Shown here: positions 33,420 to 43,128 of the stretch, one piece after another
How the letters are laid out: each line of letters opens with the position of its first letter
Numbering within the stretch: the first letter of the stretch is position 1
Origin: an uncultured Planctomycetota bacterium
GTDB taxonomy: Bacteria > Planctomycetota > Planctomycetia > Isosphaerales > Isosphaeraceae
DNA length: 64,000 nt
NCBI GenBank assembly: GCA_963823665.1
Contig: CAWGMQ010000004.1
Location: 2,048,001 to 2,112,000 of the forward strand
Reading direction: 5' to 3'
The notes under the pieces: generated by a model
Told to the model about the DNA's origin: nothing
Seen by the model: the letters and a program-made list of their open reading frames with translations, nothing else
Database searches by the model: none
Program-made: the position numbers and the translations under genes

Positions 33420-33655
33420 GAGCCGTTCTGGAACCAAAGCAAGAGGTCACGGAGCGATACCAGGACGATTCCGAGTGGCACATCTGCGGCAAGACGCACC
33501 AGTTCCCCGAGTGGAAGAAGAACTTCCTCCCGAACACGTCCACGCCGATCCCCTGGGAAGAGGCGCTGGAGGCCCAGGGGCGGGCCGACATGATCGACGC
33601 CGTGGAGAAGCAAGACCAGCTCGGGCACTGCCTGGACACCGTCTTCCGGGCTTGA
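33420..33655 (+). pseudogene. C-terminal fragment resembling a Panacea/DUF4065 antitoxin
   Basis: EVTERYQDDSEWHICGKTHQFPEW...STPIPWEEAL resembles the 'TH..PEW...S.PI' tail of SocA/Panacea proteins (recognition from memory). Confidence 0.45.
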
Positions 33656-33658
33656 ATT

Positions 33659-33769
33659 ATGGAGGCCAGAGACACGTTCTACCAACGCATCAGGCGGGGC
33701 GTCTCGCTGTCGAGACGAATCGATCTGGAGCACATCGAGCTGATGGAGGAGCAAGAGTTGCTGGACTGA
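33659..33769 (+). pseudogene. Internally deleted remnant of a small toxin-like partner gene
   Basis: MEARDTFY joined directly to QRIRRGVSLSRRIDLEHIELMEEQELLD, starting 3 nt after the Panacea-like stop. Confidence 0.3.
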
Positions 33770-34039
33770 GACGCACTCGGCGCGAGGCCTGGCATCGCCA
33801 TCAAGCTCATCCTGAGCTACCCATACCTGTCCAACTCCCTGAAATCCTTCCCCCGCAGCAACAATCACGACGTCGTCCTGGCCGCCGCACTCACGCTTGT
33901 CTGGGGAACGATCTTCTTCTGGGACGTGATCGGCCGGAAGTGGCCCAAGGTCCGCCTCGCCCTCGAAGCGTTGCTTGGACTTATGACCCTTTCAGGCATG
34001 GCCGCCCTTTATGGGACAACCATGTACCTGATTCTGAAG

Positions 34040-34685
34040 CTGAGTTGGAGGCCGGGCGGCTCGATGGATTCCGCCTCGGCGACGAATGGCGAATCACCGA
34101 AGACGCACTTTTGCGGTTCATGGGCGTTTCCGCCAAGCGAAAGGAGATTGAACCGATGACTGTTGCCGAGAAAGTCGCTGACAAACCAGGCCTTGATTAC
34201 GAGGCCATACTCGAAGGGGTCAACTGGCGCCCGGTTGAGCCCTTCTCCTTCAACTGGCCGAACGGTCCCGAACGGTTCGGGGAGGCAGTCGAAACCAAGG
34301 TAAAAGTCGGTCGAAAGGAGTATCGCCTCCGCGTGGGCTTTTGCATCCGGAAGGCCGCCGGAGACGCGAACCATCGGAGAGCGGTTATCTTCCTCGGCCA
34401 ACCTCCGAGTCTCATTGCATTGGTCGAGTTCGCCGGTGAGGACTCGGACATTTTCGAGACGAGCGGCCGCATGGTGAGCGTCATCAAGCAGCGAGGCAGT
34501 CAGCAGCACCTTCGGCCGGGAAACTCATCCCGCCGGAGTACATCGACCTGCCACTGGTTACCTACAATGACGTTGTCACCGGTCCGTATGCCGCCCAGAG
34601 TATGGCCGTCGTTGCTCAAAAAACTGATTATAACTTGATGGCACACCATGCGCTGATTCGGGCCCGCTCGAAGGGTCTCATCTGA
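34040..34685 (+). pseudogene. Excisionase-like HTH_17 remnant fused to an unknown domain, frameshift near 34521
   Basis: ELEAGRLDGFRLGDEWRITEDAL wing motif; a shifted frame continues to ...HHALIRARSKGLI and a stop at 34685. Confidence 0.55.
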
Positions 34686-34774
34686 GCTGCTCAACTTCCC
34701 TCGAGACCGAAGTGTTTGAGGCCGCGGAGGAAGCGATCTTCCCCATCCAAAACCATCAACCAAGGAGAATTCGC

Positions 34775-35010
34775 ATGCTCACCGATTCAGTGAACGCTGC
34801 AGATGTTGCTCAGGCCGTGCGGGCTTTCGACGGTACTTTCCGCGAGATGGAGCAGGTTGCTTGGCGACTGTCTCAACAGTGCCGGATTGAATTACTCAGC
34901 AACGACGCCACGCTCCACCTTGAGGAGTTGGTATGGCTGGTAAAGAAATGGATGGGAATCCAAGGAGTTCTGCCATCCATCAAGGGGATCGCGGCGCAGG
35001 CTGTTTCAAT
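34775..35010 (+). pseudogene. 3'-truncated hypothetical gene
   Basis: AAGGAG RBS; MLTDSVNAADV...; the frame runs into the antisense of the next gene. Confidence 0.4.
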
Positions 35011-35310
35011 TCAAGAAGTAGCATTTTTCTTGAGTCTAACGCCCAATCTACGGCGGGCTTTAGATTTCAAAATGGCGAGGAGATCGCCGGCCTTGCCGAA
35101 AGCATGTAGCTCCTCCTTCTCCTCGGCAGTCAGAGCATCATCCTGATTTCGCACAACTAAGTCGTGCATCCTCGCTTTGTCCCGATCACTGAAACTGAGT
35201 TTGAGAACATAGCGAGCTATTTCATCAGGAAGTTGGCCCCGTCCATTACTGAGGATGCGAGCAAGGATCGTCACCTCGGTTTCGCCAACGTGAGAAGTGG
35301 TCGTAGCCAT
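35011..35310 (-). CDS. Hypothetical protein, putative antitoxin-like
   Basis: ILARIL...RMHDL..RNQ..ALTAEE.EEL...DLLAILKSKARR, a recurring planctomycete small-protein pattern; lower GC. Confidence 0.65.
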   Translation of the reverse strand: MATTTSHVGETEVTILARILSNGRGQLPDEIARYVLKLSFSDRDKARMHDLVVRNQDDALTAEEKEELHAFGKAGDLLAILKSKARRRLGVRLKKNATS

Positions 35311-35548
35311 ATAAAATCCTTACCTGAGTACTGTTCAAGTTAGAGCATAACACGACCGGAGGCCGCAAGGAAATTGCAACGACCACCTCATCAGGCCCAA
35401 GACAAACGCTCAACCTACTGACACCAGTCCAAGCTCGCGAGAGAGCGGAAAGATGGAATTCTGAAAGAAGCGAGTTAATCCCCGCCCCGTGATTGCGGTT
35501 CTTCTCCTGGCTGACTGAGTGTTGACTTGTTGGCAAAGGAGAGAATCG

Positions 35549-36175
35549 ATGTTGCGTGCACAGTTGCGATCGGGCGTTGTGCAGGTGGGCCTGGCCCTGC
35601 GCGAGCCGGAAGAGTTCACCCGCCGCTGGCATGGCGGCGATGTCCCGTATTCCTGGTGGGTGTTCCTGGCACTTGCGCTCACCGCGGTCCTCGGCACGTC
35701 CACCTATGGTCTCACGATGGGGCTGCTGGGCGGCCCGGGCGACATTTTCCTGGACGCACTTCGCTGCACGACGGCCGCCGGGCTGGCGTGGGGGATCGCG
35801 CTGCCGTCGCTGTACATCTTCAATAGCCTCTCGGGCTCGAAACTGCGGCCGAGCACCACGCTGCTGGCTGCCCTCGTGACGACGAGCTGGGGCGGCCTCG
35901 CGATGATCGCCTCGATCCCGATCAACTGGTTCTTCACGGTGGCGTTTCATGACCTCGTCGCAAACCCCTCCCATGTCACCTGGCTGGTGCGTGCGGTCAA
36001 TCTTGTTGTCTTCACCGGCGTCGGCATTTCCATGGTCGACATCTTCGGCCGTGTCATGACGGTGCTCGAGCCCGAGCGTGGCCGATGGCCGGTTCTGTGG
36101 CTAGCGGTCGTCACGGCGATCGGTGGTGAGCTGTTCTACGCCTTCGGGCTGTTTCGGTTCGCATTCAGCGGCTGA
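35549..36175 (+). CDS. Polytopic membrane protein (Yip1-like), first gene of the pspA operon
   Basis: AAGGAG RBS; about 5 TMs; IALPSLYIFNSLSGSKL. Confidence 0.75.
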   Translation: MLRAQLRSGVVQVGLALREPEEFTRRWHGGDVPYSWWVFLALALTAVLGTSTYGLTMGLLGGPGDIFLDALRCTTAAGLAWGIALPSLYIFNSLSGSKLRPSTTLLAALVTTSWGGLAMIASIPINWFFTVAFHDLVANPSHVTWLVRAVNLVVFTGVGISMVDIFGRVMTVLEPERGRWPVLWLAVVTAIGGELFYAFGLFRFAFSG

Positions 36176-36223
36176 TAGAGAGTCTCGTCAAACCACACGT
36201 TCCCACAGAGCAGGAGTTCAGCG

Positions 36224-36967
36224 ATGCAAACGATGACAATTGACTCGCCGGTTACCGAGCCATGGACAGCCGGCTTGGGTGATGAAAGAAGTGAAGGCAA
36301 GACGACCGAGCTGGTCGAGCTGATGCTCAAGAATCAGCGGCGTCTTGATGCGCTCATCCGGCAAGAGTCGCGTGCGCCCGATCTGATTCCCAGGCTTCTG
36401 GCCGTTGCGCTCGTAGGATTCACGATTTTCGGAATCGCGGCCACGCTGATCCTGAACCTGGCAGTATCGCTTCCCTCGTGGGTGCCGCGGGCACGATGGT
36501 CCGACGGCACCTGGGCGAACCTGACGCTGGCGTACGTGTTGGGCCTCGTTGCGGCCACGGGCGTTTGCCTGCCGAGTTTTTACTTTTACGGGCTGCTCGC
36601 CGGCGTCAAGCTCTCCATGATCCAGTCAGTCGCGCACGCTGTGAAATGCCTTGCGGTCACTGCAGTCGTGCTGGTCGGTGCGCTGCCGATCTATGTCGCG
36701 ATCATGCTGGGGATGATCGTCTTCTCGGCTGAGGCAGAGTTGATGCAGCAAACGATCACGCTGGGGCTGGCCCTTCCGTTCGTGGCGGGACTCTGGGGTG
36801 TCAAAACACTGTTCCTCGGCTTCGCAGATCTCGCTGAGACGCTGCCGCCCTGTCGCAAGCGCGAACGGGCATGTTTCCTCCGGAGACTGACTGTCGCGTG
36901 GGCTGCGTGCTACACCGCCGTCACGCCCGTGATGATCATCTGGCTCTGGACGCGTCTCTCGGGCTGA
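36224..36967 (+). CDS. Polytopic membrane protein, paralogous motif to the previous gene
   Basis: AGGAG RBS; about 5 TMs; VCLPSFYFYGLLAGVKL. Confidence 0.75.
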   Translation: MQTMTIDSPVTEPWTAGLGDERSEGKTTELVELMLKNQRRLDALIRQESRAPDLIPRLLAVALVGFTIFGIAATLILNLAVSLPSWVPRARWSDGTWANLTLAYVLGLVAATGVCLPSFYFYGLLAGVKLSMIQSVAHAVKCLAVTAVVLVGALPIYVAIMLGMIVFSAEAELMQQTITLGLALPFVAGLWGVKTLFLGFADLAETLPPCRKRERACFLRRLTVAWAACYTAVTPVMIIWLWTRLSG

Positions 36968-37010
36968 TCGCCGAATTTTGGCGTCCGGATGAGGCGAGGA
37001 GGTTAGTACC

Positions 37011-37802
37011 ATGGGTTTTGGAGCGACGATGATCTTCTATCATGTGATCGGGCTCGGCGTGGCGACAGCCGTTTTCCTGTCCGATTCACGCCAGAGCCGG
37101 GTGTTCCCGGTGTTCCGGCTGGCGACCGCTGTCGTCTTCTGGCCGCTCTATCTGCCGATGGTGCTGGCCGGCCGCCGGGCTGAAACACAACCGGAGATAG
37201 CACCATCCCCGCATGCGGACGATGCGATGGCCCGCATGATTTCGCAAGTTGAGTCCGAGCTTGAGACGGCGCTTGCAAGCCTCGACGGCTGGGTCGAGCA
37301 CGTCTCTGGCGCACGAGGCCAGCCGCTTCCATGAGCTAAGCTCGGCCTGGCGTGCTCAGGCCGACCGGATTCGCGAAATGGATCGCGTTGCTCGGCCGCA
37401 CGGAGCTCGGCCGGGAGCGAGCCGATTCCTGATGTCTCTCGGCCGGGAGCGAGTGATCGCTATCTCCACAGTGAGCAGACTCGACGCGCGAACCTCGATC
37501 GCCTTCGCGAGGTTCGAAACCGGGCTCTCGAGGACCTCATGGGCACACTCGCCTGGGTCCGTGAACTGGTGTCGATGATTCACCTGGCCAAGTTCACGGG
37601 AGCACCGGCCGCGCGGGCCGAGGAGCTGGTGGCCCAGATAGCCGCCGCCGTCGAGGGGATCTCGGCGGTGACGTGGCAGGAACCCAGATCCGATTCTCCC
37701 GTCCGGCCCACAAGGCCGGCTTCCATTCCAATACATTCTGAAGAGGAGTTCATTCCATGCGACTTTTCCAGCGAATCAGCGACATCATCGCCGCGAACCT
37801 GA
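37011..37802 (+). CDS. Two-TM plus coiled-coil hypothetical protein, multiply frameshifted
   Basis: GAGGAGG RBS; FWPLYLP TM hairpin; helical pieces in ORFs 37011, 37249 and 37539. Confidence 0.6.
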
Positions 37803-38447
37803 ACGATCTGGTCGACCGTTTTGAGGATCCGGAAGCGATGCTCAAGCATGCTATCCGCGAGATGGAAACGATGATCGAGGAGGCAACTGGCGGTGCCGCA
37901 CGTGCCATTGCCGGTGAGCGGCTCCTGGCGAGAGACCTTGCGAGACCACGAGCAAAAAGCAGCGGGCTGGCGCGTCCGGGCCGAGGAGGCTGTTGTACGC
38001 AGCGATGACGACCTGGCCCGCCAGGCAATCGCCCGCGCACACGAGCACGAGGTGATGGCGCAGGCACTCGTCGGCCAGCGAACGTCAGCCGAGCAGACGG
38101 CGCAGGCCTTGCGGGGTCAGGTCGCCGCGATGCGCGCCAAGCAGGCCGAGGCTCGCCGAAAGCTGGAGAGCCTCTCCGCACGGCGTCAAGTCGCCCAGAC
38201 CGGTCGAGAGCTGCACGGGATGGCCAGTCGATCCAGGCGTGGACCGAATGGCTTCGCGCGGTTTGAGAAAATGCACCGGCAGATCGAACAGGCTGAAGCG
38301 GAGGCGGAAGCTCTGGGAGAACTCTACGAAACCACGGAGTTGAGCCTCGAGGCGGATATCGAACTACGCGAGCAAGCCCGCCGCATCGAGGCTGAGCTGG
38401 CGACCATAAAAGAACGAGTCCGAGCGTCACAGCCGTCTGTCGGATAG
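37757..38447 (+). CDS. pspA: PspA/IM30 family protein, frameshift near 37943
   Basis: MRLFQRISDIIAANLNDLVDRFEDPEAMLKHAIREME...DDLARQAI...FARFEKM...IEAELATIK. Confidence 0.9.
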
Positions 38448-38539
38448 AATTCTGGCAGAGCGGTAAGACGTCGATATCACGCTATCGTGATAACGCGCTG
38501 TCGATTCCTCGCGTCCCCTGTTCGTTCTCCGGGAATGCG

Positions 38540-39439
38540 ATGGCAAACCAGCCCAAACAACCTGTTCGATCCAAGCAACTGAAGGTGTGGACGCTGATGA
38601 CGGCCACACTCGTTGTCGGACTCCTGCTCGCCTTCGGCCGGTGGGCCGGCCAATACCGAACGCAGATGGAGTTCAGTAACGCCGCGTGGGGCGCCCTTCC
38701 TGCCTGGTGGGTGCTAGCGATCGACTACGCTTTATTGCTCACGATGGTTGCCGCGCTCATCCAAGCTGACCGGGTCGATGAGCTCTTCTCGTCGACCGAG
38801 ACACTGACCTGGCTCGGCGGGATCTGTTTGTTCACGGCTGGTCTCTATCACGACCGCTATGGCCACCGCGGGCCAACGATCTGGGGTACCAGCGCCAATG
38901 GGTACGGCACGTTCACAGAGTTCCTGCGCAAGCCGTCGCCCGCGAATCTCCCGCTGCTGCTCTCAGTTTGGCCGATGGCTTATAGCCTGATCGTCATGTC
39001 CTCGTCGTTCGTGGCCGTCATGGGCTGGAAACGGCCGATTCTTCGCTGGCGATGGATTCTGCATGCACTGTTCCTCGTCACCCTTACCAGCTCGTGGATC
39101 GTGTTCGTGCTCTGGCCATGGAATATGAGATACGAATCGAGCTGGCTGGCTGGCTCACTCGTCGTGCTTCCGGTCTTGGTAGTCACACTCGCCTTGGTGC
39201 GCGACTTTGATCGAAAAATCTGGTGGACGAATTTGATCGCCGCGGTGTGGCTGTTGACGGCTCTCTCCCCTCGATTCAGCAGCGCGGGCCGGGGCCCGAT
39301 GGTGATGTCGGTGAGGGAGGCCCTTCGCTGGATTGACTACGGCTATCTGCTGCTGCTTCTCGCGGACCTCTTGGTCCTGGGCGGCTCCGTCGGCACGCTG
39401 TTCTCCGACGGCGATCGTGATCACAATTTCAGACAGTAA
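38540..39439 (+). CDS. Hypothetical polytopic membrane protein (tandem copy 1)
   Basis: About 8 TMs; SKQLKVWTLMTATLVVGLLLAFGRWA. Confidence 0.75.
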   Translation: MANQPKQPVRSKQLKVWTLMTATLVVGLLLAFGRWAGQYRTQMEFSNAAWGALPAWWVLAIDYALLLTMVAALIQADRVDELFSSTETLTWLGGICLFTAGLYHDRYGHRGPTIWGTSANGYGTFTEFLRKPSPANLPLLLSVWPMAYSLIVMSSSFVAVMGWKRPILRWRWILHALFLVTLTSSWIVFVLWPWNMRYESSWLAGSLVVLPVLVVTLALVRDFDRKIWWTNLIAAVWLLTALSPRFSSAGRGPMVMSVREALRWIDYGYLLLLLADLLVLGGSVGTLFSDGDRDHNFRQ

Positions 39440-39449
39440 ACGGTGTGCA

Positions 39450-40394
39450 TTGGACCCACAATCCCAACCATCCAGTCGATCGAAGCAACTCAAGGTGTGG
39501 ACGCTCATGGCGGCCACACTTGTTGCCGGTGCGCTCCTGGCTTTCGGCCGGTGGGCCAGTGACGATCCACTCGCCATGCGGTTCGGGCCGATCGCGAGGA
39601 ACGCTTTCCCGGCCGGGTGGATCCTGGCGATCGAGTACGGCGTGATTTTCCTGATGGTTGTGCTCGTCATCCGGGCCGATCGTGTCGACGCATTCTTTTC
39701 CTCGGAGGAGACTCTGACCTGGCTAGGCGGGATCGGCCTGTTCACCGCCGCTCTGTATCACAATCCGGGCTTTAGCTCGGGCGTAGTCTGGGGCGGAAAA
39801 GTAAATGGTTACGGCACACTTACGCAGTTCTTGGAGAGGGCCTCGTTTGACTCTGTTCCTCTCCTGCTCTCGGCCTGGCCGATGGTCTACGGGCTGATTG
39901 TCGCGATGACGTCATTTCTAGCAATCATGGCCTGGAACCAGCGGCTTCTGCGCTGGCGATGGATTCTGCACGCGCTCTTCCTTTTGATCGTGATCGTCGC
40001 ATGGTTCACGCTCGTGTTCTGGCCGTGGAATCAGACAGACGAATCGAGATGGCTCGCCGCCTCGTTCGTGGTACTTCCAGCCCTGGTTGTCACACTCGTG
40101 ATGGTGCACGATCCGGTGCGAAGGATCCATTGGATGAACTTGATCGCGGCGGCGTGGCTCGCAACGGCGCTGTTGCCTCAATTTGACATCGGCCGAGTTG
40201 TGCTCCCGATGTCGGAAGCTCTCGCCAGGATGAATCACGGATACCGGATTCTCGTCCTGGGCGACCTGTTGGTCTTGGTGGGGTCGCTTGCGGTGCTCGT
40301 TGGGAAAGGCGAGCGCGACACAAGTGGTTCATCGACTCCCGCCTCGAACAGTCTTCGCCCAAAACTTGTGGACACACCCGCGCCCGGACCGTAA
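39450..40394 (+). CDS. Hypothetical polytopic membrane protein (tandem copy 2)
   Basis: Collinear with copy 1: SKQLKVWTLMAATLV, ETLTWLGGI, NGYGT and LRWRWILHALF; TTG start inferred. Confidence 0.75.
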   Translation: MDPQSQPSSRSKQLKVWTLMAATLVAGALLAFGRWASDDPLAMRFGPIARNAFPAGWILAIEYGVIFLMVVLVIRADRVDAFFSSEETLTWLGGIGLFTAALYHNPGFSSGVVWGGKVNGYGTLTQFLERASFDSVPLLLSAWPMVYGLIVAMTSFLAIMAWNQRLLRWRWILHALFLLIVIVAWFTLVFWPWNQTDESRWLAASFVVLPALVVTLVMVHDPVRRIHWMNLIAAAWLATALLPQFDIGRVVLPMSEALARMNHGYRILVLGDLLVLVGSLAVLVGKGERDTSGSSTPASNSLRPKLVDTPAPGP

Positions 40395-40463
40395 TAGTGG
40401 GGTGAAATGGTTCAATCGCGCAAAACTGCAGGCGAAACGAACCGGCACGATGGGTTTGACGCT

Positions 40464-41453
40464 ATGACAACGGTTCCGCTCTATCCCCTGCGATTCACCC
40501 CGATCTTGCGCCGGCTGATCTGGGGGGGCCGGCGGCTGGGCACCATCTTGCACAAGCCGATCGGCGACGCATCAGACTACGCCGAAAGCTGGGAAATCTC
40601 CGACTATCGCGATTCGCTCAGCGTGCTCGAGAACGGCTCTCTTGCCGGTTCGACGATCCGCGAGCTGATCCAGTGGTACTGCCCCGGATTGCTCGGGACG
40701 GCCCTGGCCGGCGTCGATCAGTTTCCGCTGCTGGTGAAGTATATCGATGCGCATCAAGACCTCTCGGTCCAGGTTCATCCCGACGACGCGAAGGGCCGGC
40801 GGCTGGCCGGCGACAGCGGAAAGACCGAGACCTGGGTCATCCTGGAAGCTGAGCCGGGAAGCCTCATTTACGCCGGATTGCAGCAAGGAGTCAGCCGGAG
40901 TGAATTCGCCGTAGCGATCCGTTCGGGAGGCGTCGAGCCGTTGCTCCATCGTGTCGAGCCCAAAGCCGGCGATTGCATCTTGATTGAGTCAGGGACAGTG
41001 CATGCGATCGGCGCCGGTGTGCTCCTGGCCGAGATCCAGCAAACCTCCGATGCCACATTCCGCGTGTACGACTGGGGGCGAGTCGGCCCCGACGGCAAGC
41101 CACGGACGCTTCATATCGAGCAAGCACTCGAATCGATCGACTTCGAGCGCGGACCCGTCGAGCCAATCACCCCACGCGTCGAGGCACTGACTGGCGGAGG
41201 CAAGCGCGAGGACCTATCACGCTCGGCTTATTTCGCTCTCGACCGATTCGACATCTCGCAGCCGACGCCGTTCGGGCGATCCGATCGGTTCACGATTCTG
41301 ATGTGCCTGGCGGGCTCATTCGACGTGCGCACCGCGGCGGAAACCCTGCGTGTTGAGTTCGGCCAGACGGCGCTGCTTCCCGCTGCTATATCTGGGTGCG
41401 AGATCGTGCCACACGGGCAGTGCCAGCTTCTGACGTGTATCGTCCCCGAGTGA
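40464..41453 (+). CDS. manA: Mannose-6-phosphate isomerase, class I
   Basis: IWGG, AESWEIS, FPLLVKYIDA, LSVQVHPDD, GKTETW, GTVHAIG and EIQQTSD.TFRVYD. Confidence 0.93.
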   Translation: MTTVPLYPLRFTPILRRLIWGGRRLGTILHKPIGDASDYAESWEISDYRDSLSVLENGSLAGSTIRELIQWYCPGLLGTALAGVDQFPLLVKYIDAHQDLSVQVHPDDAKGRRLAGDSGKTETWVILEAEPGSLIYAGLQQGVSRSEFAVAIRSGGVEPLLHRVEPKAGDCILIESGTVHAIGAGVLLAEIQQTSDATFRVYDWGRVGPDGKPRTLHIEQALESIDFERGPVEPITPRVEALTGGGKREDLSRSAYFALDRFDISQPTPFGRSDRFTILMCLAGSFDVRTAAETLRVEFGQTALLPAAISGCEIVPHGQCQLLTCIVPE

Positions 41454-41531
41454 GTTCGACGTGAGTCGCCCCTGACCGATCGGGCAAGCGCGTGCCGACG
41501 AAGTCGCCAGAGAGAGGATCGCGAAAACGAG

Positions 41532-42721
41532 ATGACCGGCGAAAGTTGCAACCTTGACCGGCGATTCCTGCGGCGGGTTTTCCCGGGCCTGCGCCTGGTC
41601 GGCGCGATCCGGCTGGCGTTCGACCTCAGGAAGCTGATCATCGCTGCACTCGGGCTGGCGCTGCTTCAACTCGGATGGTTGATCCTGGACGGGTTATTTC
41701 CCGCGTCGGCTGCCGTCACGCCTAACGTTTCAACGACAGGGCTGCCGATCGATCTTGATTTCCGCGCCGAAACGTGGACTCTCGCAACGTTCCGGCAGGC
41801 TCACGAACAGTTGTCTGAGCCCTTCCGGAATCTGGTCGGCCCTCTCCTGGCACTGTTTGACCCGCGCAGTCACTGGCCGGCCAGGCTGCATGCGGTGCTG
41901 GCCATGTCCTGGTTGTTCGCCGTGTGGGGAATTTGCGGGGGCGCGATTTGCCGGATCGCGGTTGTTCGAATTGCCCGCATGGAGCAGGCCGGCGTGGGCG
42001 CGGCGATTGCTTTTTCGCGCGCAACGCGACTTCGCTCATGGTTGCGCCGCTCATACCGTTCGGCGGCATGGCGCTTTGCGGCCTGACGCTCGCAGGATTC
42101 GGTCTCCTCTACTGGGTGCCTGTGGTCGGGAACGTGCTGGGCGGCCTGCTCTTCGCAATACCGCTCGTCATGGGTGTGATCATGACGCTTCTGGCGATCA
42201 TGCTCGCAGCCGGTTGGCCGCTCTTGCAGGCGGCGGTCGCCGCAGGGGCTGAAGACGCGCTCGACTCCGTCAGCCGGTCATTCGGCTATGTCAATCAACG
42301 CATTGGATCGCTCAGCACCCTGGCCGCGTTCGCGTGGATCGAGGGGATGATTGGCATCGTCTTGATGAATCTCCTGGCCGCCGGCGTGCTTCGTCTGACA
42401 GACTGGGGACTAGGACTGAGCGGGCCCGGAGCAGAAATCGCAACGATCTTCGGCAGAGCAGGGGAGGCTCAACCAGCAGTTGGGTCCGCCGCGCATTCCT
42501 TCTGGCTGGGCGTCGTGAGCCTGGTGGCCCACGGTTGGGCTTACAGCTTTTTCTGGACCGCCGCGGCGCTCATCTATCTGTGGCTGCGACACGACGTCGA
42601 CGGCACGCCCTGGGAGGAGATTGACCCGCCGACCATTCCGCCGAGGGGTCTGATCACCGAGACCCTGACACTCCCGGCCGGGCACGTGGATCCGGGCGAT
42701 GCGCAACGGACTCAAGGATGA
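41532..42721 (+). CDS. Hypothetical membrane protein, frameshift near 42015
   Basis: ORFs 41532-42086 and 41924-42721 join into one multi-TM protein ending YLWLRHDVDG. Confidence 0.7.
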
Positions 42722-42805
42722 TGAATCGTGTGGCGCTCTTTTCGTAATTCCGTTTGGCATAGTTTGCCACACCGAGTAAACTGTGCGCTGAGGAGAACAA
42801 GTCAG

Positions 42806-43075
42806 ATGGCAACGATGAACATCTCACTTCCAGAGGAGATGAAGTCCTTCGTGGAGGAACAGGCGAATCGACGAGGTTTCGGGACAGTTAGTGAGTACAT
42901 GAGGGCTATCATTCGAGAAGTGCAGGAAGCGAGTGTTGAACGGGAGCGAATCGATGAGTTGCTCCTCGATGGGCTTAATTCGGGGCCGTCAACGCCGCTG
43001 GCTCCGGCTGATTGGGACCGCATCCGGCGCGAAGGGAAAAAACTGATTGCAAAGAGAAAGCGTCAGGGGAGATGA
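42806..43075 (+). CDS. ParD-like ribbon-helix-helix antitoxin
   Basis: MATMNISLPEEMKSFV...SEYMRAIIRE...LLLDGLNSG. Confidence 0.88.
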   Translation: MATMNISLPEEMKSFVEEQANRRGFGTVSEYMRAIIREVQEASVERERIDELLLDGLNSGPSTPLAPADWDRIRREGKKLIAKRKRQGR

Positions 43076-43128
43076 GCCGGGCTATCGTCAAGCGCCCACT
43101 GGCCGACATCGACCTGATCGGCCATTTC
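43072..43128 (+). pseudogene. ParE/RelE toxin N-terminal stub
   Basis: ATGA overlap with the antitoxin stop; MSRAIVKRPLADIDLIGHF, then it collides with the convergent gene. Confidence 0.6.

Noticed and set aside
33475..34638. Single 387-aa protein
   Set aside because: The N-terminal half is off-frame read-through of other fragments; only the part from ~34040 looks protein-like.
42755..42767. Sigma-54 promoter TGGCATAGTTTGC before the antitoxin
   Set aside because: GG-to-GC spacing is 2 nt too short; more likely part of an autoregulatory inverted repeat.
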